Position numbers and translations under genes: made by a program
Part shown: in pieces, positions 60,187-64,000 of the stretch
How positions within the stretch are numbered: the stretch's first letter is position 1
Layout: each line of letters begins with the position of its first letter
Source: a phage
Length of the DNA: 64,000 nucleotides
Sequence record: PZ386970.1
Strand: one strand, 5' to 3'
Notes under the pieces: model-generated
The model's database searches: none
Seen by the model: only the letters and a program-made list of their open reading frames with translations
What the model was told of the DNA's origin: nothing

Positions 60187-61324
60187 TTTCTATATCTGCT
60201 GCAGACGGAGCATCAGAAGTTTTAACCGGAACTTTAGTTGTTGCTTTGCAATTAATAAGGTCGTTAACAGCGTCATCAACTTCTTTAATAGAAGAGATAG
60301 CACCTAGTTTATATTTAGTTTCAATTGCATCTCGGAAAGGTTTGTGTTTAAACAACGGTCCCCAGAATTCTACACAATCAGTAGCTTTAGCACGCCACGA
60401 TTTCTCTTCACGAATCATTTCACCTGTTTCTTCGTCAAGGAATTCACGAGCATACCAACCAGCTTTAGGCTTAACAACAAATCCAATTTCAGTTGCCATT
60501 TCTAACAAGCCACTGAATGGGTCGATACCACCATCAAAATTAACTGTGATTGGGAAAGTAGATTTTTCTTTAACAGTACGAGATTTTTCTGCTTTCAACG
60601 TGAAGTCATAACCTGTCAATTCTGTACCTTCTTTAACCTGACGTTTAGAGATAAAGAATACAGTGTTAGCAGAGTAAAGAATACCTGTACCACCACCCAT
60701 AATCTCTTTAGGATACAATCCACCAATTTCCATTGCGGTATGGTTAATTGCAACACACGGAATATCTTTAATAGTCAGATACGGGGTCACAATACGGAAA
60801 AGAGATTTAAGTGCCTTAGCACGAGACATATCACCTACGACTTTCTCGTTCAATGCATCTTCGGTTTCTTTCTTAGATGCAGTATTACCGATTGAATCGA
60901 TAAAGATAATAACTTTATCACCGCGTTCAATTGCATCAAGCTGATTAGTCATATCAACTTTAAGTTGTTCGACGGACTGAATTGGTGTATGAACTACACG
61001 GTCTAAATCAACACCCATTGAACGGAAGTAAGATTCTGAAGCACCGAATTCCGAGTCATAAAACAAACAGATTGCATCTTTATATTTCTTCATATACGCT
61101 GCAACCATGGTCAGCCCAAACAATGTTTTAAAGTGTTTAGAAGGAGCAGCAAAAATAGTTAAGCCTGATTGCAACCCGGCATTCAGTGCACCACCTAATG
61201 CAATATTCAACATCGGAATACGAGTAGGGACTTCATCACGATTATTAAACAGCTTAGACTTAGTCAAGTCGGCAGTCATTTTAGAAGTAGAAGCTTTAAT
61301 CAGACGAGATTTTAAATCAGACAT
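60152..61324 (-). CDS. uvsX: UvsX recombinase (RecA-like)
   Basis: 390-aa ORF; N-terminus MSDLKSRLIKASTSK and long blocks (DAIERG.KV..FIDS.GN.ASKKETEDALNEKVV.DM.RAK..KSLFRIVTPY) match T4 UvsX. Confidence 0.9.
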   Translation of the reverse strand: MSDLKSRLIKASTSKMTADLTKSKLFNNRDEVPTRIPMLNIALGGALNAGLQSGLTIFAAPSKHFKTLFGLTMVAAYMKKYKDAICLFYDSEFGASESYFRSMGVDLDRVVHTPIQSVEQLKVDMTNQLDAIERGDKVIIFIDSIGNTASKKETEDALNEKVVGDMSRAKALKSLFRIVTPYLTIKDIPCVAINHTAMEIGGLYPKEIMGGGTGILYSANTVFFISKRQVKEGTELTGYDFTLKAEKSRTVKEKSTFPITVNFDGGIDPFSGLLEMATEIGFVVKPKAGWYAREFLDEETGEMIREEKSWRAKATDCVEFWGPLFKHKPFRDAIETKYKLGAISSIKEVDDAVNDLINCKATTKVPVKTSDAPSAADIENDLDEMEDFDE

Positions 61325-61422
61325 TGTATTTTTCCATAGGCATCATTATATTTTACTCATGTTTAAAAGATAAGATGATTATATACTAAGGGTTATACAG
61401 CATTTAAAACTTTAAATGGCTC

Positions 61423-61971
61423 TTAACGAGCCCATTTAATGATTTCTGTAATCAAATAATTACGTTCGCTTGCATTAAATCCTATAACTTTGTTAGCACC
61501 ATCATGATTAAGTAATTGATACGTTTGGATTTTGTTATGAATTGCAAACTCTTCAAAATATGAAATGACTGTATTAAAACCGAATGAAGACAAAGTAATA
61601 AGGTCGTCTTCAAAACTTTCAGTCATTTCGTTACGTGTTAAAATAATTGTGAACACATCATGGTTTTGGCAAAGACGAACATAATCCTGTTCATAAACGT
61701 CAAGAACCGAGTCCACATCTTGTCGAATACGTCCATAAACCCAGTTACTAATATATCCACGGTCTAACAGATAAATCTTAGTAGGGTCTAAATAATTCAA
61801 CATCGTTTCGAAACAACCAACTTCATTTCGAGACTTAACATCGAAACGCCCATCAACTGTTCGTTTAGGGAAATCAATCTTTACATATCTTTCACTAATT
61901 TCCATTATGTCATTAATGAAAGTTGTTTTACCAGCATTATCTGGGCCGTCTACTAAAATAATTTTAGCCAT
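61423..61971 (-). CDS. P-loop nucleoside/nucleotide kinase-like protein
   Basis: 182-aa ORF with N-terminal Walker A (ILVDGPDNAGKTT); occupies part of the locus where T4 encodes beta-glucosyltransferase. Confidence 0.5.
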   Translation of the reverse strand: MAKIILVDGPDNAGKTTFINDIMEISERYVKIDFPKRTVDGRFDVKSRNEVGCFETMLNYLDPTKIYLLDRGYISNWVYGRIRQDVDSVLDVYEQDYVRLCQNHDVFTIILTRNEMTESFEDDLITLSSFGFNTVISYFEEFAIHNKIQTYQLLNHDGANKVIGFNASERNYLITEIIKWAR

Positions 61972-61972
61972 T

Positions 61973-62872
61973 TTATTCCTCGATTACGACATCTTCGTAT
62001 TTAGGTATATTATACGGTGAAGAAATTAAAGCATTAAAGTAGATGAACTCACCAAGACCTGGATGGAATACTTCTTCAGGATTTTCGAAATATTGAATTT
62101 TCGGACGTCCTTTAAGAATTTGATAGTACTCAGTTTTAGTTGGATTAAAAATTCGAATCAGCGCTTCTTCAGGATACTTATTTCTGTCGAAACTATTATT
62201 TGGATCAGTTATATAAAGCGGTTGACCTAATTGAATTGCGCATTCAACAACTTGTTCAAAACGATAGCATGGGTCACTAATTCGAAATGGATGAAAAATA
62301 CCATCTAGATGAATAGGAGCCAAATCACCTACAAGACGCTGCATGATGGAAGGACGTATAACTTTCTGAGTTACGATAATCTTATTACCATCTGCACCTG
62401 CGTTAACCAGCACTTCTTTTTGACGTTCATTCAACACAGTAGTTTGAAGTGAACGATTAACTGACAACATATCGGTTTTTAAGAATTCGTCAATATAAAA
62501 ACGTGGTTTATTAGGGTCTGCCGTGATATTGAAATTGAATTCTACATCAAAAGCGCCGTCATATCCAGTGATATCTGTTATTAGAAAATCACAATCATAA
62601 TAAGCAATTAATGAATCAACCACAAATTCATTTTCAGACCAGAAATATTTACGAGTGTTATACGCGTTATCTTTATACCATAATGGAACAAACTTAAATT
62701 CCGGGAAAAGACGTTCACATTCTTTAATATCAGATGCATTACGTGGATATGTAATCACATCACCCGGATTAGCACGGTGCAAATGAAGTTGGAAGTTGCC
62801 ATCCTTAAGGATAGCATACTGTCCAGTTTCATAAGACCGCATACTCAAGATTGGTACGCGGAAAATAGCCAT
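61973..62872 (-). CDS. hypothetical protein (non-T4 gene at beta-gt locus)
   Basis: 299-aa ORF; no similarity to T4 beta-gt as recalled. Confidence 0.5.
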   Translation of the reverse strand: MAIFRVPILSMRSYETGQYAILKDGNFQLHLHRANPGDVITYPRNASDIKECERLFPEFKFVPLWYKDNAYNTRKYFWSENEFVVDSLIAYYDCDFLITDITGYDGAFDVEFNFNITADPNKPRFYIDEFLKTDMLSVNRSLQTTVLNERQKEVLVNAGADGNKIIVTQKVIRPSIMQRLVGDLAPIHLDGIFHPFRISDPCYRFEQVVECAIQLGQPLYITDPNNSFDRNKYPEEALIRIFNPTKTEYYQILKGRPKIQYFENPEEVFHPGLGEFIYFNALISSPYNIPKYEDVVIEE

Positions 62873-63588
62873 TAGTCAAGGAATCCTTTAACATAATCAA
62901 AATCACGTTCAAACACATGGGCACTTACCATGGTATGAGTATAATCACCAACTTCTACACCACATTCGTTAGCGATATAATGAAGTAATTTTCCTTGGAG
63001 ATAAAAATCCAACTGCATAACAACAGCACAATTCTGAGAACGCATATGACAGTGGGTATAAAGCTTACCATCACGAATATAATAAGTCACTGAGTCAGTA
63101 CATGGATATTCAAGCGTTTCGTCCGAATCAAGCAAAGCCTGATCAGAACTTTCTAGAATTTGGAACACAACTCTTCGGGAGTTAGGCTTCTCTTTAAGTT
63201 CTTTTAGAAGAGCTGGTAATTGGGCCGCAATTCGAGGACCATAGAAAGTGTTGAAGTTCGCAGGCAAAGCATCTGATTTTGGTTTAGAAATAAATTTAGC
63301 GACATTAGGATATGCCTTAAACGCTTCTTCTGCATCAGTACCACCAGAAATCATAAACTTCCAGAAATCTTCGGCATATTCATAAGAGATGCGGTTAATA
63401 CGTGGGTCGGTCATTTTGAATGATGATGGAGTGTCAACAACTACTGTCATGGACCCAATTTCATTACAACGTCCAATACGAGAATCAGTTACGAATTCCG
63501 GGTTTTCTAAAATTTCACGATTGACTGCTTTAAATGCGGCTTGAAAATCTGCTGCTTTGATATATTTCATTGTGTTATGTTTTCCCAT
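62872..63588 (-). CDS. thymidylate-synthase-fold pyrimidine hydroxymethylase, divergent gene 42 homologue
   Basis: 238-aa ORF; catalytic Cys block EYPCTDSVTYYIRD and downstream Asp (QLDFY) align with T4 dCMP hydroxymethylase Cys148/Asp179, but overall similarity to T4 gp42 is only ~30% by eye. Confidence 0.6.
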   Translation of the reverse strand: MGKHNTMKYIKAADFQAAFKAVNREILENPEFVTDSRIGRCNEIGSMTVVVDTPSSFKMTDPRINRISYEYAEDFWKFMISGGTDAEEAFKAYPNVAKFISKPKSDALPANFNTFYGPRIAAQLPALLKELKEKPNSRRVVFQILESSDQALLDSDETLEYPCTDSVTYYIRDGKLYTHCHMRSQNCAVVMQLDFYLQGKLLHYIANECGVEVGDYTHTMVSAHVFERDFDYVKGFLD

Positions 63589-63630
63589 GTTTACCTCAAT
63601 ACAATTTATTATATACTCAATTCGTAAAGC

Positions 63631-63870
63631 TTATTTGAATTTCTTGGCAATGTTGATATAACGTAAAGCTTCAGAATCTATACTTCCAAGAACACTATGA
63701 AGGAATGCATCAGTGTAGTATTCCAATTGAACAGGTTCTTTAATCACTTTAGCCGCTTTGGTTTCAAACAGGCCCATCAGGGCCTTTTTAAGAATTTGTT
63801 CGTTAGTGTTCAGTTTTATAGTCAAAATCTCTTCATTAAGTTTATAATTAAAAGTTTTTCTAGAAATCAT
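63631..63870 (-). CDS. hypothetical protein
   Basis: 79-aa ORF from track. Confidence 0.4.
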   Translation of the reverse strand: MISRKTFNYKLNEEILTIKLNTNEQILKKALMGLFETKAAKVIKEPVQLEYYTDAFLHSVLGSIDSEALRYINIAKKFK

Positions 63871-63931
63871 TCCGGGTACCTCAAAGCGTCATCAGAGTTA
63901 GTTATATCAATAATAGATATAGAGTTTTCTG

Positions 63932-64000
63932 CTAACCCGTTTTTAGATAATTGACGTTTATAATACCTTTCACAATATGTACACGTTGACCCACAGATTT
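63932..64000 (-). CDS. 3' end of a gene extending beyond the window (partial)
   Basis: open minus-strand frame running into the window edge, ending ...HIVKGIINVNYLKTG*; identity unknown. Confidence 0.25.
   Translation of the reverse strand, partial: KSVGQRVHIVKGIINVNYLKTG

Overview
This window reads as a contiguous ~64 kb segment of a T4-like (Tevenvirinae) myovirus genome, collinear with the T4 map from rIII/31/cd through to uvsX and the 42 region. Early and middle genes lie on the minus strand: rIII, 31, cd, pseT, a spanin pair, alc, rnlA, denA, nrdB, nrdA, td, frd, 32, 59, 33, dsbA, rnh, asiA, motA, 52, ndd, denB, rIIB, rIIA, 39, dexA, dda, modA/modB, soc, 56, 61, sp, dmd, 41, 40 and uvsX. 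The long-tail-fibre late block 34-35-36-37-38 plus holin t lies on the plus strand. Gene calls rest on ORF length, synteny and recognisable motifs compared against T4 proteins recalled from memory; no database search was possible. Regulatory signals are typical of T4: early promoters (GTTTAC, ~17 nt, TATAAT-like) on the minus strand, late promoters (TATAAATA) upstream of 34, 36, t and soc, and many GC-rich tetraloop hairpins (UUCG/CGAA) acting as terminators. No tRNA, rRNA or CRISPR array was found. Differences from T4 are concentrated at known plasticity sites. A class-I DAHP synthase (AroF/AroG-like) sits in the cd-pseT early operon. A GT-B-like glycosyltransferase candidate and an HNH homing endonuclease lie between rIIA and an unsplit gene 39. 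The T4 beta-glucosyltransferase locus downstream of uvsX instead carries a P-loop kinase-like gene and an unknown 299-aa gene, next to a highly divergent TS-fold hydroxymethylase. Together these suggest a non-T4 DNA hypermodification system (hydroxymethylase plus alternative glycosyltransferase and accessory enzymes). From memory this may correspond to the arabinosyl-hmC chemistry reported for RB69-type phages, but that is not verifiable here. Caveat: coordinates of ORFs in the track are taken from the track; coordinates I derived by eye (small ORFs, promoters, hairpins, refined starts) may be off by 1-2 nt.
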